A stretch of DNA of 62,004 bases, filler included, from Sphacelaria rigidula (Eukaryota), in assembly GCA_964200075.2 (NCBI GenBank). It is 4 parts of 4 records of this genome, joined end to end, with 100 filler letters (N's around TTAATTAATTAA, not from the genome) between each part and the next. Parts side by side here need not be neighbours in the genome. Positions count along the whole stretch, not along the records: positions 1 to 15,427 come from CAXNAA020001752.1; 3 more parts are not named here. One strand, 5' to 3'. The notes beneath the pieces are model-generated. The model was not told the origin of the DNA and ran no database searches. It saw only the letters and a program-made list of their open reading frames with translations. Position numbers and translations under genes: made by a program. Below are positions 1 through 12,711 of the stretch, piece after piece. How positions within the stretch are numbered: the stretch's first letter is position 1; the number at the start of each line of letters is the position of its first letter.

Positions 1-1358
1 CTTGCAGCTCTGTTACTTGAGGTTTCCGAGAGTGAACGGTACTGCTTTTATAGCTATTATAAGCGCACGCGGCCCTTCCACGCACCACAATAACTCTCCA
101 TTATATTGTAGTCGAGTTTTTTACCGTTAATAATGTCAGATCTCCCATCACGGACGACACTTTTGACGATAGCCCCCCCAAAACCCGTGGCTGATCTGGG
201 GATGCAAAATCTAGACATCAATCAAACTGGAAAAACCGAGCACAACGAGCAGTTGCGAATTCCCACATTTGGTGTCGTTTCTGTCAATGTCGCCCACAGG
301 ACGTGTTTCGTCATGCAGCTTGAAACCAAAGAATCGCCGCTGTGTATGACCATTTTCATTTTCTTCGTGACAGTTTCGAGGTGATTTGGGGAGGGGGGAG
401 AGCTATCGCAGGAAGTCCCGGACATAGTGCTTGTCGTTGGCTCGCCTTCGCCGGCTTGAGGACGCCACTCCCGACAACCCATGGCCTTTCTAAATCTGCG
501 ACATTGGCATAGGGTGTACTGGCAAGGTACCTCATGGCTCAAACGTATGCGAGTGTCACAGCCTACACGCAGGACAGATCTCGTACCTGCTGCGTCGCAG
601 TCCAAATTTTTGGACTTCCTCGACAGTACTCTCCACGGAGCTCATGAAAGTCCGAAACCGTCGGGGATTTCCGCAAAACCTGTATCGATATTAATAAGGG
701 TATCTTGAACTTGAGATTGCCGATACGTATGTTTCACGGTAAATCACTGCAGAAATGTCGGGAACATCTGCAAGTTTGGATGCAGGAAACACCAAGCTAA
801 TATCTTCCACTGCAAATTACTGTGTAACATACTACGGGGAATCTCTGGTATGAGACGCCTCTAATGGGTTGGGTTCAGTTGCCATGTTTTGATGGTCCTA
901 TCTCTTCCTGCATTACATAGCTCGTGCATGCCTTCGGCTTTCGGTGGGCGTCACCGAGGAATAGATTACATTGCTCCCCATGATAGCATCTACAATTAAT
1001 TACTGATGATGATACCGACTCTTCTTCAGCGCTTTTCGGCCAACTACAACTATTTGCGTCGTGAGTATTCTGTGTTTTCAAGGAACTGCCAACTCGTTGA
1101 AGCGGACGGACGGCGACGGCGACCGTAGATACTGGGGTGCAGTCATTTACATTCTTGTATCTCCACGATGTTTGGTCTTCTCCGCCTTCATGTTTGTGTC
1201 GCGTGTTTTATACCCGGGGCTCTCTCAGGTGTCACCAAACATCACAGTTATCACTTTGCCTCCTAAGCAGGTGCCGCTGTAGGTGACTCCAGGCGAACTG
1301 CACGGGTACCCGATGTCGAAAAGTGTAGGCGACGAAATGCGGAAAAAGTGAATAATGG

Positions 1359-1568
1359 TGTAATGTGTGAGAGGACCGCGTGCTTAATGGACTGCGCCGT
1401 AGTTCAAAATACCTCAGGATTGACGGTTTCAAAACCAATCGGGCCAGTCCCTGCAGGTACTACGCCCCTGACCATAACCCTAACACTAACCCTAACAATA
1501 ACCCCAACCATAGAGATGTTCAAATTCCGATGCGGTCCTCTAAGCACGCGGCCCTCCCACGCATTTCA
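1359..1568 (+). mobile_element. TGT..ACA MITE with telomere-like core, copy 1
   Basis: TIR tgtaatgcgtgagaggaccgcgtgcttagaggaccgc (consensus), internal ccctaa-like tract, TSD atgg/atgg. Confidence 0.9.
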
Positions 1569-2840
1569 ATGGTACACGAAGGAAACCGGTGCAATACTCA
1601 GGTAAGGTTGATCGAAAACGCATGGTACTGAGGCGTGTTACCGGAACATATTTCGTAACCCTGTCAATTACTGTGTCAACCGTGAGGCGGAATATTCCGT
1701 CGTCTAAGTGCCTCCTGAAACCTCGAGAAGAGCTCTCGATCAAGCCATGTCAACTTGGTAATTCAGAGTCAGCTTCCGTCTGAGTACGAGACCTAGGGAT
1801 TGTGGGGCGTCACCAAGCCCCGTTACACCCTGATTGGATTTGTTCTGAGCACTTTTCAATCTTATTGCGTCCAGATCAAGCCTCAGCCTAATAAATGAGT
1901 GCTCAACAATCTCCTAAGGAGACAAACTTCCCGAGATTTTCGTCGGCGATTTCCCGGAGAACTCGAAGGTTTCAGAGTTGTTCGAGGGAGTGTTTCCCCT
2001 ACCAAAAATTCATGTGGGCGTGGAACAGATGGGAAACGGGTGCTGAAGCCCTCGAGGGACGGACATCAATAGGTAGTTCCAAGGTGGCACAATTGAACAC
2101 GATCCGTTTTGCGGCGAAAATCGGTCTGGGTCTCCAACAAATTGTTTTTGGAGAGAGTGGTGCCATGGCACAAGAAAACAGGGAATCCTGAAAAATGAAA
2201 ACAGATGATTGCTTCGGAAGGAGAGAAAATGTAGGTGACATGGAATCGATCGAAATTGTACCCTTCAAGGGCGCCGAGAGACTAGCGAAAGGATCCCAGA
2301 AGGTTGAAGAACCGAGTCCAGAGGTTGTATTACCATTTAAAATATGGAATGCGGGCTCTTTGCCTCCGCACTCAGGCGCTTCACGTCATGGCCTCAATTG
2401 ATTCGTGAATCCGACCCAAAAGATCGCAATATATATATGCTGTTTCTGAGAATGAGCAATACTCAAAAAATTTCGGGTCATGTTGAGAAGTGTCGTGTGC
2501 ATTTTTGAGGAATTGTAGAGTTTCGATGAAAACATCAGAAAGGCTTCCGGAATAACTTGACGGCAAGTCGCGAGACCAGGAATAATAGCTGTTTGAACCC
2601 TTTTGGGCTGACGATAGTGAAGCATGTTTGCCCATTCAACGCCAGAGTAGGGCTTTGAGCTTCCAAACAGTTCGCAGCACCATTTCTTCATTTTCGTTCC
2701 CATCGGATAATTTTCACCCCATGTTTCAGGATATACTGTTGGAGGCAGCCTCATCTCCCCATATGTATGAACGCTACTACTGATGACATTATATAGATGC
2801 ATTTAAAAAGTGTTGTATGGTTTGGTTCCTCCGAAGTGGG

Positions 2841-3063
2841 TGTAATGCGTGAGAGGACCGCGTGCTTAGAATTAGAAGGCCGCATCGTAGTCCAAAACAC
2901 CTCAGGATCGAAGTTTTCTCGAAACCCATCAGCTCAGTCCCTGCAGGGACCATGCCCCTGACCCTGACCCCAACACTAACTCTAGCCCTAACCCTTGCCT
3001 TCCCATAGGGGTGTTGATGTTCCGAAGCGGTTCCCCAAGCACGCGATCCTCTCACGCATTTCA
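2841..3063 (+). mobile_element. TGT..ACA MITE, copy 2
   Basis: Same TIRs and core; TSD gtggg/gtggg. Confidence 0.9.
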
Positions 3064-3829
3064 GTGGGAACCAGAGGTGACACCGCCCCCGCCTCTCGCC
3101 GAATTTTCCCGAGTCTGGTTGACGACTGATCGTCCCCCGAAATAGGCAGATAAGCACAATTTGTTGGTCAGATCAGGACGCTACAAGTTACCCATCAAGT
3201 TTGTTTCGAGTTGTGTATAATCCAACACGTTGCATGTTTACATGCCTCCTCCGTTCTATGTCGAGCATAATATGGTTGAACACATTTTTCTTTCGCTGAG
3301 TGTATCCTTCCCGTTAACTGGCCAGTTATTTGAATTTATCGTTTGCTCATATCGGATGTTCTGCTCACTTGATCTGAACGTCCCGCTAGCCGACTCAAGT
3401 GGAGACCTACAAGCCTTGCGGATGCTAGATACCTCGCATACTAGTAATGCAGACCGCAGACTATGGACGGTCGGCTCAGTACACAGCGATGCACTGCTTG
3501 AATGACAGCGCCAGCTGCAATCAGTTAGGGGGATAGCACACGAAGTCAGTGATCATACATGACTACTTCGCAGATCTATCATATAGTTGCCGATTATCTC
3601 TACCAGTGTGCAGAAAGTCGCGTGATCTATCCATGGACCAGTCACACCGAGATGATGACTACGTTATCAACCAACCGGTCACATTTGGATCCCTTCCTAC
3701 GAACAGCGGACATCGGATTGCTCTTCTCCGGTGAAAACGTGAGAGAGACAGGGAGGTATAATGCAATACATTCCCTCATATATATCGTTTGCGTCCATCG
3801 CTCTCGCGTGTATGGCAGATCCACCTAGT

Positions 3830-4297
3830 ATGTCGGCCATGGAGGTAAACGAGTGCAGGGGTATGTCTGTGAAATTACTGGAGATAACAGCCAGGGCAAA
3901 CGTTACGGCTGCAAATGGTCACCACGGGAGTGAGCAAGTACGTCCAACCCAGGACGGCATCGCGGTCGTGACCGAGTTTCCCGCCAGGCCTTTGAACCTC
4001 GTAACCATCTGGGGAGCTGCCAGATCGGGAAAGTCATTTTTCTTGAACGTTTTGGCGCAACACCAACGCCTGTTCAAGGTGTCGGCCGCTGTGGAGCCCT
4101 GTACGGTGGGCGCCGATCTGTCGTTGACGGCTCCAACGCTGTGCGACTTCAAGGGCTCAACCGTTTCGTCGTGTACGAACCCTGGCGATGCCTGCCGAGA
4201 TTGCCCGTTGATCGGCTTTGTCGATGTGGAAGGGCAAGGCGACAAACACATTTCCTACGACGTTTTGCTCGCCACCCCGCTTCTTGTTCTTTCTAAG
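3830..4297 (+). CDS. Guanylate-binding protein (GBP)/atlastin-family large GTPase, exon with G1-G3 motifs
   Basis: Reads VTIWGAARSGKSFFLN (GBP-type P-loop GxxRxGKS), EPCTVG (G2) and FVDVEGQGD (G3), and ends TCTAAG|gtgggt in phase 0. The start is uncertain: ATG at 3830, or acceptor cag|3819 with an upstream exon ending at 3730. Confidence 0.9.
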
Positions 4298-4588
4298 GTG
4301 GGTATGTTATTGCTGCTGTAGTAGGCTGTGAGGTCAAACGCATCAAGATACGTTTGGGAGTCGGATTTTCTCGGAATCGACGGAAAGAAAAATGTAGGGA
4401 CTGGGGGACGTGCTTTTCGTCAAGGTCACGATTGTGTGCAGATGTATTCGGAATTTTGCAGGGTGTAGGGTGCATGTAAACCCCCCGCAAACTGCGCTCA
4501 ACTGCCCACGCGGAGTAATGCGAAATCAGAGTGCGTGCTCCCCGACAACTGCTGAAGCTTTAGTTTCTATCACGTTTGCTGTCTTCCT

Positions 4589-5159
4589 GAAGTCGTGCTA
4601 CGATAGGGGGGGGGTATTTCGGGCCGTGTCCTTCCACGAATTCTACTTGAAATCGTCGTTGATAGCAGCAACGGTTGTTCGAACGCGCTTGCTTGCAATT
4701 ATTTACGCTCATTCATACTGCTTGACACCGCTTTTACCTAAATGCGAGCGCACCGCGAGTAACACTATATTCGTGAGATTCAGAGTCAGGATATCAAACG
4801 GAAGAACTGGTTTCTTTGTAATCGATTCTTATGCGAAACAGTTTGCGTCACTAATCAACCAACATGGGAGGCGGGGTCAACGGTCTATTGACTATGCATG
4901 CATGCATGCTCATGAGTACACCCCTGTAATGCGTGAGAGGACCGCGTGCTTAGAGGACCGCGCCGAAGTTCAAAGTACCTTAGGATCGACGTTTTTCAAA
5001 ACCAATCAGGCCAGTCCCTGCAGGTACCACACCCCTGACCTTAACCCCAACACTGACCCTAACCCTAACCCTAGCCATAGGGGGGTTTGAATTCCGATGC
5101 GGTCCTCTAAGCACGCGGTTCTCCCACGAATTACACCCCCCCCTATCGTAGCATGTCTC
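4589..5159. mobile_element. Non-autonomous TIR element (agtcgtgctacgataggggggg...cccccctatcgtagcatgtctc) hosting MITE copy 3
   Basis: Inverted termini; the same terminus recurs at ~46620-46656. Confidence 0.6.
4925..5135 (+). mobile_element. TGT..ACA MITE, copy 3
   Basis: Same TIRs and core; TSD cccc/cccc; in GBP intron 1. Confidence 0.9.
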
Positions 5160-5336
5160 TCTGACTTGTCGTCGGAACCCTGCTCCCTCACGTGCATAAC
5201 AACCAAAAGGTAAGCCAGTCAATATTCACTGAGACGTCAACGGTTCACGAATGTTCAATGCACATTTGTACAAGGTCAGCGGGGCGTACTTGTGAAAGCT
5301 ACTTCACCACGCACGCTTGTTCTTGTTCCCTGACAG

Positions 5337-5667
5337 ATTGTCATCTACAACTGGAAGGGACTTCCAAACAAATCAGCTATGCTCGATAATCTCGGTGTAA
5401 TAAGGACTGCGGCCGAAGAGATCGGCCATGACTACCGAAGCGGGGCTTTCGGACACCTGATCGTTCTTCTTCGTGACGTCCCACCAAGCACGGATGATGA
5501 CAAAGTATGTGCTCTTATATTTGGCGAGGAGGACTGCTCTGGAGCGAAAACGGACGACGAAGCGCAACAGACCACAATGCGCAACACGGCGCGAAAGGAG
5601 CTTAAGGACGCCTTCCGGAGCATTCGAGTGTGGTGTTTACCACTCCCGCACGTGGATGTCATCAACG
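5337..5667 (+). CDS. GBP-family GTPase, exon 2
   Basis: acag|IVIYNWKGLPNKSAMLDNL...HLIVLLRD (GBP G4 RD motif)...RNTARKELKDAFRSIRVWCLPLPH. Phase-1 donor G|gcaaga (GC donor). Confidence 0.85.
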
Positions 5668-6051
5668 GCAAGATTCATCAAATAACGCCAGTTGTATAAA
5701 AAGTAGAGGTTTTGTCATCTTGGGATTCGCGTTGTCCCCGCAATTACAAGTTATATCACGAACTTCATGCTGTTGATGACTCGCTGGCGAGTGCAGTTGT
5801 ATCACCCAATGAACTTGCAAGCAGAAGGGAGCAGTGCCTCTCACAAGCACAACAGAATATTGCTACAATGGGGGTGAACGTTTTGGTTAATTTTGCTTGT
5901 GAGCCTACATTCCAAGACGTGGATGATTGTCCTCGAGAGGCACTGGGAGTGCAGGGCCTGAGACCAAACTGTGTACCCCTATCGCAGAAGGTCTCGACAC
6001 ATCCCTATGGATGTCGTATTTGTTACACCCGCTCTCGCTCCCGTCAATGGG

Positions 6052-6256
6052 TGTAATGCGTTAGAGGTCCGCGGGCTTAGAGGACCGCATGTGAATTTGA
6101 ACATCGCTAGGGTTGGGGTTAGGGTTAGTGTTAGGGTTAGGGTCGGGGGCGTGGTCCCTGCAGAGACTGGCTCGACTGCTTTTGAAAAACGTCGATCCTG
6201 AGGTGTTTCGAACTATGACGCGATCCTCTAAGCACGCGGTTCTCTCACGCATTACG
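6052..6256 (-). mobile_element. TGT..ACA MITE, copy 4 (inverted)
   Basis: Core reads ggttagggttagtgttaggg; flanks atggg/atggc; in GBP intron 2. Confidence 0.9.
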
Positions 6257-6408
6257 ATGGCGGCAACAACGCCGATCAAGAACGATATTTGCTGCAATTG
6301 TGCGCATTTCACAGATAGGTAAAACAAAATAACACGTGCCTGACTATATGAGGAAGGCTTCAGATAATTCCTTGTCGTGCATGTATCGTGTGGCTCCGTG
6401 CGTTCCAG

Positions 6409-6610
6409 GCGAGGAAAGCATCAACCATTCCGAGCTATCCCCCAAGTTTCTGAGCAAGATGGACTCCATCCGCCGCGTGGCGTCTGATCTCCTCACGGAG
6501 CCTCATCTCGTCGGTGGAGATGCTGTTGTGGGTGGTCTGATGATCAGCGGGTTGATGAGCCAAATCTGCGACGTGGTTAGTGACAACAGCAAAAAGATCA
6601 CCCCCTGCAG
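6409..6610 (+). CDS. GBP-family GTPase, exon 3
   Basis: ccag|GEESINHSELSPKFLSKMDSIRR...GGDAVVGGLMISGLMSQICDVVS... resembles the end of the GBP GTPase domain. Phases 1/2, donor AG|gtattc. Confidence 0.85.
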
Positions 6611-6908
6611 GTATTCATGGTTGATTAGAGAGCGTGTTTGTATCCGCAATTTGTGGCACCTAACTGCCCACGAGAACCGCGCGCGTTGCGTAGTTATGAT
6701 GTATACTCGTCAGATCCGTTGGCAGAGGGTCGACTTATTTTTTACCTCTATCCCATGCACAACAGGCACGTTCTGGCTAAAGTGTTTGCCGATTTCCAGG
6801 TACCTCGATCTCGGTTATTGTCCACTGCCCGGGATCCTTCAGCCCTGCTTTCGACTGCAGTTATTTCGCAGTAGCTCGCCCGGAGCGGCACTCTAGTCCC
6901 GGTGAGGC

Positions 6909-8537
6909 TACAATGCGTGGGAGAACGGCGTGCCTTCTGAACGGCACCAGAATTTGAACACCCCGAAATCGACGTGTGCGAGGACCGCGCGGACGTCGTT
7001 CATGCGTGGACCGAGCCAAGAGAAACCCCGGGCCGCGCATTTATTAAGCCGGGGGTAGCGAAGCCAGGCGAGGTGACTGGAGCGACATGACGACGATGCA
7101 GTGTGCGTCGAAGGGAGGAAAGCGAGGATTTATGAGTGTATTTAGGCACCCGTAACTCGGGTGGGAATCGTTCTCGCATGTGAAATGAGATGGGAAAGAG
7201 TTGGCACCGGCGTATTTTAGGAAGGTGTCGGCGCTTACCACGTCATGACCGCATCGCCGAACTGATGCTCGGCACTGGAAGCTAGGTACCACAAGACGAA
7301 AAGATACATCTGTTCTATGTGAATGGGTACCAAATGCCGAAACGACCTTCCTGCTCCGTACTTATAGGTAGCAGGTACCAAGACGACTCGTCTGTTCGGT
7401 AATTAATTGCAGGTGCTAAGCCATGGTTTGCATGTGGTCAAGTTATCATTCAATGCAGCTTCAATGTAACGCCGCTTCTTATAGATTAAAAACAAATCTC
7501 TTTGAGAACTGCCCTTTTGAACCTTTCATTACGTATCACTGATGGAATACTCGGAAAGATTTTCTGTGTGTTTCACGAAGATTCTAGCGCACTTTTCCGA
7601 TTGTTTGTACGGCAAATTTACTTTTGACCGCATCCTGATTTTTTTCAGTCACCCAAAAAAACTTCTAGCTGTCGGGAAAAAGTGCGTCTCTTTTCCGACA
7701 ACTGGACGATTTTAAGGGCGACTGAAAAAAATCAGGATCCGGTCAACAGTAAATTTGCCGTACAAACAATCGGAAAAGTGCGCTAGAATCCTCGTGAAAC
7801 ATATAGCAAATCTTTCCGAGGAGGCCAAATCCGCCAAGGCTCGTATTCCGCCAATAATCCGCGATGGAAGGTTCAAATGGGCAGTAGTCAGGGAGATTTA
7901 CTTTTTGTCTATAAAAGACGGCCTAAGCACGTGAGGACCACGGACCTTACTTCCTTCCTCCGCGGAGATGACATCGCAGTGCCGTGGTCTTGACTTGTGC
8001 TTATACTTTACTTTGAACCTGTCTTGAATGATGAAGTGAACCGCATGGAAACCACATTTCAGAGTCTGTAAGCACCGAGCAGGTCGGTCGTCCCCATATA
8101 TGGCACTTGTAAGTACAAAGCAGGAGGGTCGTTTCGGCATTTTGGTACCTGATCGTAGAGAGCAGATTGCTCGTCTCGACATATGGTACCCTCAAGTGCC
8201 GAGCATCACTTGGTGCTTGCGGTTTTGACGACGTGGTAGGCGCCGGCAACTCCCCAAACCACTACTGCCGACGCTTTTCGACCACCATTCACATACTAGA
8301 GTGACTCCCACGTAAGTTACGGGTGCCAATAGTGTTGAAATCCTCACTCTTTCATCATTTCGGGGCACACCGCGTCGTCGTCATGCCGCTTGAGTCACCT
8401 CGCCTGGCATTGCTACGCCTGGCTCGATATATGCGCGGCCCAGGTTTGCTCATGGAGCGGTCCTCCCGACACGTCGGTCCTGGGGTTTTCAAACTCCATC
8501 GCGGTCCAAAACGCATGTGGTCCTCCTACGCATCACA
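6909..8537. mobile_element. Long foldback element with termini related to the TGT..ACA MITE
   Basis: 6909-7469 is a diverged inverted repeat of ~8000-8537 (e.g. gccaggcgaggtgact / agtcacctcgcctggc). Ends tacaatgcgtgggag...ctcctacgcatcaca; flanks aggc/agac. Confidence 0.75.
7470..7923. mobile_element. PIF/Harbinger-like palindromic MITE nested in the foldback element
   Basis: Almost fully palindromic around ~7686; ends cgccgcttcttatag...ctataaaagacggcc; TSD taa/taa; same family as 59184-59658. Confidence 0.8.
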
Positions 8538-8663
8538 AGACTCGGGAATCGGCCTGCTCGGGGTAACTTGTATGGCATAAGGGAACATGAGGGACCGGGT
8601 GTTACGGATGTGTTACTGTACACCTACAAGTGGCTGCAGTAGGCTGACGCTGGTGGATGTTAA

Positions 8664-8794
8664 CCCTTTGGGAACGCAAGTGCTGATTCTTGTTTTGTGA
8701 ATCTTTGTGAATCGGCATCATTTTGACTNNNNNNNNNATGGCCGATTCACCAAAAGAAAAATCAGCACTCCCTGGGGGTCTAGTCCCCAAAGGG
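8664..8794. mobile_element. piggyBac-like non-autonomous element (internal N gap)
   Basis: ttaa|ccctttgggaac...gtccccaaaggg|ttaa. Confidence 0.65.
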
Positions 8795-9552
8795 TTAAGC
8801 TGCCGAGCTAGCTGTGGCTCAACTGTGCAAGGAAACAACAGTGGCGTTGAATTATTAGTTTTTGGAAGCGTTCAGCGGTGTAGTTTTGACATGGTATGTT
8901 GAAATGAGCGCGCGAAACGCTCTTGGGTGTACTGAGTAAAAAAACGAAAGAAATTCCACGATAATGACAGAACTCAATGAAATAATACAAGCGATATCCC
9001 ACATCGAGAATTTATTTTACTTCCGAGCAGAAGATCATGAGAAAGTGTTATAGTTCCTGAAACTCCTCCGCGCGTGTAGTTCTGGTGGTGTGACACTGCT
9101 ACGCCCCGCTGGTCTGCTGATGTAGGAGGCTCCAGTTACGGAGGTCTCGTGTTCCATCCCTGGTATTACTCTTTTCGTGGACAACCTGATTTTCGTCGGT
9201 GAGATACTTCTCAGTACATAACTCCTTTGTTTTTTTGAAAACATTGATGACCTCCGTACTTTTGCACGAGGCTTCTGTTCCCCAAATGCGCGGAAGTGGC
9301 CTCTCTCGCCTCGACGCGGGTTGAGCTTTTCTCCAAAGGCCTACAGTAGAGCCTGGCATCACAGGTGACAGAGGGACATACTGTATACATATACCCTCCA
9401 AAAAAAGAGTGAAAAGAAAAGAGTGATGACATAAACGTTGATGTATTTGTGGTCAAGTTCATACACCCCACATTTTCTAATATATCGCTATCACTGTGAT
9501 ACATTTGAGATGTGAATATATCATCATACAACACGCTAATTCTAGCCTATAT

Positions 9553-9762
9553 TGTAATGCGTGAGAGGACCGTGTGCTTATAGGACCGCGCCATGGCTCG
9601 AAATACCTCAGGATCGACGTTTTCCAAACCAATCGGGCCAGTCCCTGCAGGGACCACGCCCCTGAACCCAACCCCAACACCAACGCTAGCCCTAACCCTA
9701 ACCCTAGAGATGTTCAAATTTCGATGCGGTCCTCGTAGCACGCGGTCCTCTCACGCATTACA
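9553..9762 (+). mobile_element. TGT..ACA MITE, copy 5
   Basis: Same TIRs and core; TSD tatat/tatat. Confidence 0.9.
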
Positions 9763-9769
9763 TATATAT

Positions 9770-11990
9770 ATGATGTGTATCGCCTGGCATCTAACCTACA
9801 TGATGAAAAACTCACCTGGTGTCTGACCTTCATGGAACACAATACTGTGATGCTTTGCATTTCCATTTTATTCGTTGCCGACCACGTGCATGCTGTCCTT
9901 GCAAAAATGTTGCGCGGGAATACTTCAGATACATCAGGCGATCGAGTGTCTTCTTCGGTTATTATGCTTCGCTCCACGACAGCTGCTGTTGTTGTTGACG
10001 TGGTATCTTTCGTTTCAACTAGTACTCCCATCTCACACTGCGGAGGCACACTGCACTTTTTCGCTAGAAAGACTGGAAGAGGGTTTGAACAGTTCCCCGA
10101 CCTACAGTCACGGAATGTCAATTCTTCTGCTCGCCAGTCAAGCATAACTTTGAGAGCACTCATAATGGAATTGTCTAGAAATAGACAATCCGGTCCTAGA
10201 TTAGGTGAAACAAACGCTTCAGCTGGCAAGGTTTTTATTCCCAACGAGAGCTCAAAACGACTAAGCCCTAGGATGTCGATGGGGGAACCGTTCGCGCTTC
10301 TGCGATCCATGGATCCTGGCGGTATTGGTTTTATATCAGCTGCCATGATGGCCGGGTGTTCATCTATGAACTTTTTTCTGAAACACGGGACATCTGCTGG
10401 GGATTCGATTGTGATTATTCTCCGCGGAGTACCATTCACTCTGGCTGCAACTCTAACGCGTACTCATGCACAGGATAACGCTGAGAGCGTATCTGTATAC
10501 CTGCAGTAGTAGTGGGGCGTTGTATGAGTCACAACGACAGTGATCGTCCAAGATCGGGTTAAAAAAGGAAGACTGGTGTTTCAATTTGGAACCAACAGCC
10601 CCTGCTTATAACACTGTTATTTTTTTCTGCCTGCCAATTCAACATATGTCAGCGCAGAATGTAACGTTATCGATTCATTGGGGTGCAGCGCAGAATATAC
10701 CATGATGCGAGCTTCAACCATTTGAGCTTCATATTCGACGATGGTGGACCTTCGTCCGGTGTGTTGCTTTTTCCATGGCTGCTCTGAAGGCTGCTTAGGA
10801 ACCAACTCTCATCGTGCTCTTTTCCAGCTTCTGCTCCTGGTACGTACTTTCACATCACAAGTAAGGGCTGTTGTGGTGCCCCTCTGGAGGAGTTGCTGTA
10901 CTGACTAGGAAACCCGCTCCTCTCCGACATTTTTTCACGAGGCGGTTAACACTTTTCTCCATTTCATGCGTACTGGGGTGCGGAATGTGGAACTGTCTGT
11001 AGTTTTCAGCTCCTCTCAACCTGTGAGCCAGCATGCGGTAAGACCGTCCCATACACTTCCTCCTCCTTTCGCTTGCTAAATGGTGGGGAATGACAAAGTC
11101 GTGCATTCGCAGGTTGGGTACATTTTTTTGTTGGTGCTATTTCGAGTCACCGCGTTTCTAGAGGCCGGCCTGCTTGATAAATTGCCGTGCCACATTTTTA
11201 TTGTGGCGAAAGGTTGATCGATAAGTGTGGCTTCGCAGTTTTATTAGCCATTCTGATGAAATGTGATGCACGCTGATGAGATTAACTTCGCGTTTTCGCT
11301 GTTTGGCTAGCCATAGAGGTGGCATATAGTGGACACTGAGGGGTCTAACTTCGCGTTTCGCTCTTTGATTAGCCATGCGGGTGACACATAAATGCACACT
11401 GAGGGCGCTAATTTCGCGTTGACCCAAACGCATACCTCTCAACTCGGATAAATACGCACATGACCCATACGTTTCACCTGGAGTAGCGTTCCTTGGAGGA
11501 CCCTAGTGTTTCCGGTGTCGGGGAGCAGTCGGTTCTTCTTCTAGTTTTTTCTTTCTAAGGCCTGTCTTGCCTGAGCTATTTTTCTGGTTTCGCCGATGTG
11601 AGAAAGGCGTATCGCGAGAGTAGACAAGAGACGTACGGGGGAGATTGCCGTCGTGATGCCGAAGGAACTCCGAGACTGGCGATGACTCCTCTTGTATATG
11701 TAGGCAAGAAGGGGATCAGACGAGGAGTGGTCGCCTGGGGGCGATCAGTTCCTCGGGAGATGTTGGTCCGTCCTGATATCAGGCTCTTCCTGGCGTCACC
11801 CCAAGTTGTCTAGCATCGGTGGCATTACAGGGTCCTCGGTAATCTGGTCCTTCCGGACCGTTCCTACCTTGTACCCGCACGCGCTGTTTTTTCATACATG
11901 TGTGGCATCAGTTTCTGATATGTCGCTGCAAAGAGAAGTCTTCCAAATAGGTGGGTATATGTCGGGTAGAGGTATATTTATACCAGGTTC
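9770..11990 (-). mobile_element. Ty3/gypsy gag-protease relic in GBP intron 3
   Basis: ORF 10439-9714 reads as a retropepsin (VNGTPRRII..SPADVPC; SANGSPIDILG...FELSLG...EAFVSPNLGPDCLFLDNSIM..L...LDW) with the catalytic DSG lost. Upstream frames are broken. Boundaries are approximate. Confidence 0.7.
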
Positions 11991-12042
11991 CATATAAAAC
12001 CCACTGTAGCGACCCTCTACAAACCCTCTACAACGTGCCGCC

Positions 12043-12331
12043 TGTAGAGCGTGAGAGGACCGCGTGCTTGGAGGACCGCATCGTAGTTCAAAACACCTCA
12101 GGATTGACGTTGTTCGAAACCAATCGGGCCAGGCCCTGCAGGGACCACGCCCCTGACCCTCGCTCCGTCTCGTAAGGGATGCGTGGTCAATGATCAAACG
12201 ACTAAGGCAATCAACAAATGAGTACGACCTCTTGATCCTATCCCCAATACTAACCCTGATCCTTACCCTAAGCATAGGGGTTTACAGTTCCGATGTGGTC
12301 CCCCAAACACGCAGTCCTCTTACGCAGTACA
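12043..12331 (+). mobile_element. TGT..ACA MITE, copy 6, with ~75-bp insertion
   Basis: Diverged TIRs, flanks ccgcc/ctgcc; the insert at ~12161-12230 matches 31056-31120. Confidence 0.85.
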
Positions 12332-12711
12332 CTGCCTTCATGTATCCTGCGTCGAGAGTAAAGTGTCCACCTGTTGTGATGACGGAGTTGGTTTGCAGAA
12401 AAAATTACACGGATTTGTGAAACTGAAAACGTTGTCGTGTGCCCACGGGTTCCACGTTTCACGACTGGCCCAGCTTATACTGTCCCAGACGGAAATTCGT
12501 GAAGTCAAGTCCAACATTTCGAACCTCCAACCGACAGTGGTTACTCCGCATAGGCATCACACTGAGTATCCCGTCGACGCTGTGCTCCTGAGCACTGTCT
12601 GGGTAGCTTCTGTCGATGTCCATCCCTAACAACGGGCATGATTGTTCACAGCGATACACTCTTTGTGAATCAAGCCAAATCGTAACCCCTTCGCTGTTAT
12701 TACAACGGCAG

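Larger units (their letters stand above)
1..3200 (-). mobile_element. Degraded LTR-retrotransposon (Ty3/gypsy-like) gag-protease relic, interrupted by two MITEs
   Basis: Broken minus-strand frames include a decayed zinc knuckle (CRCYHGEQC, ~960-1000) and a decayed retropepsin motif (KMVIHSG, ~335-360). Boundaries are approximate. Confidence 0.45.

Noticed and set aside
9775-10509. 244-aa plus-strand ORF
   Set aside because: It is the antisense shadow of the minus-strand retropepsin relic.
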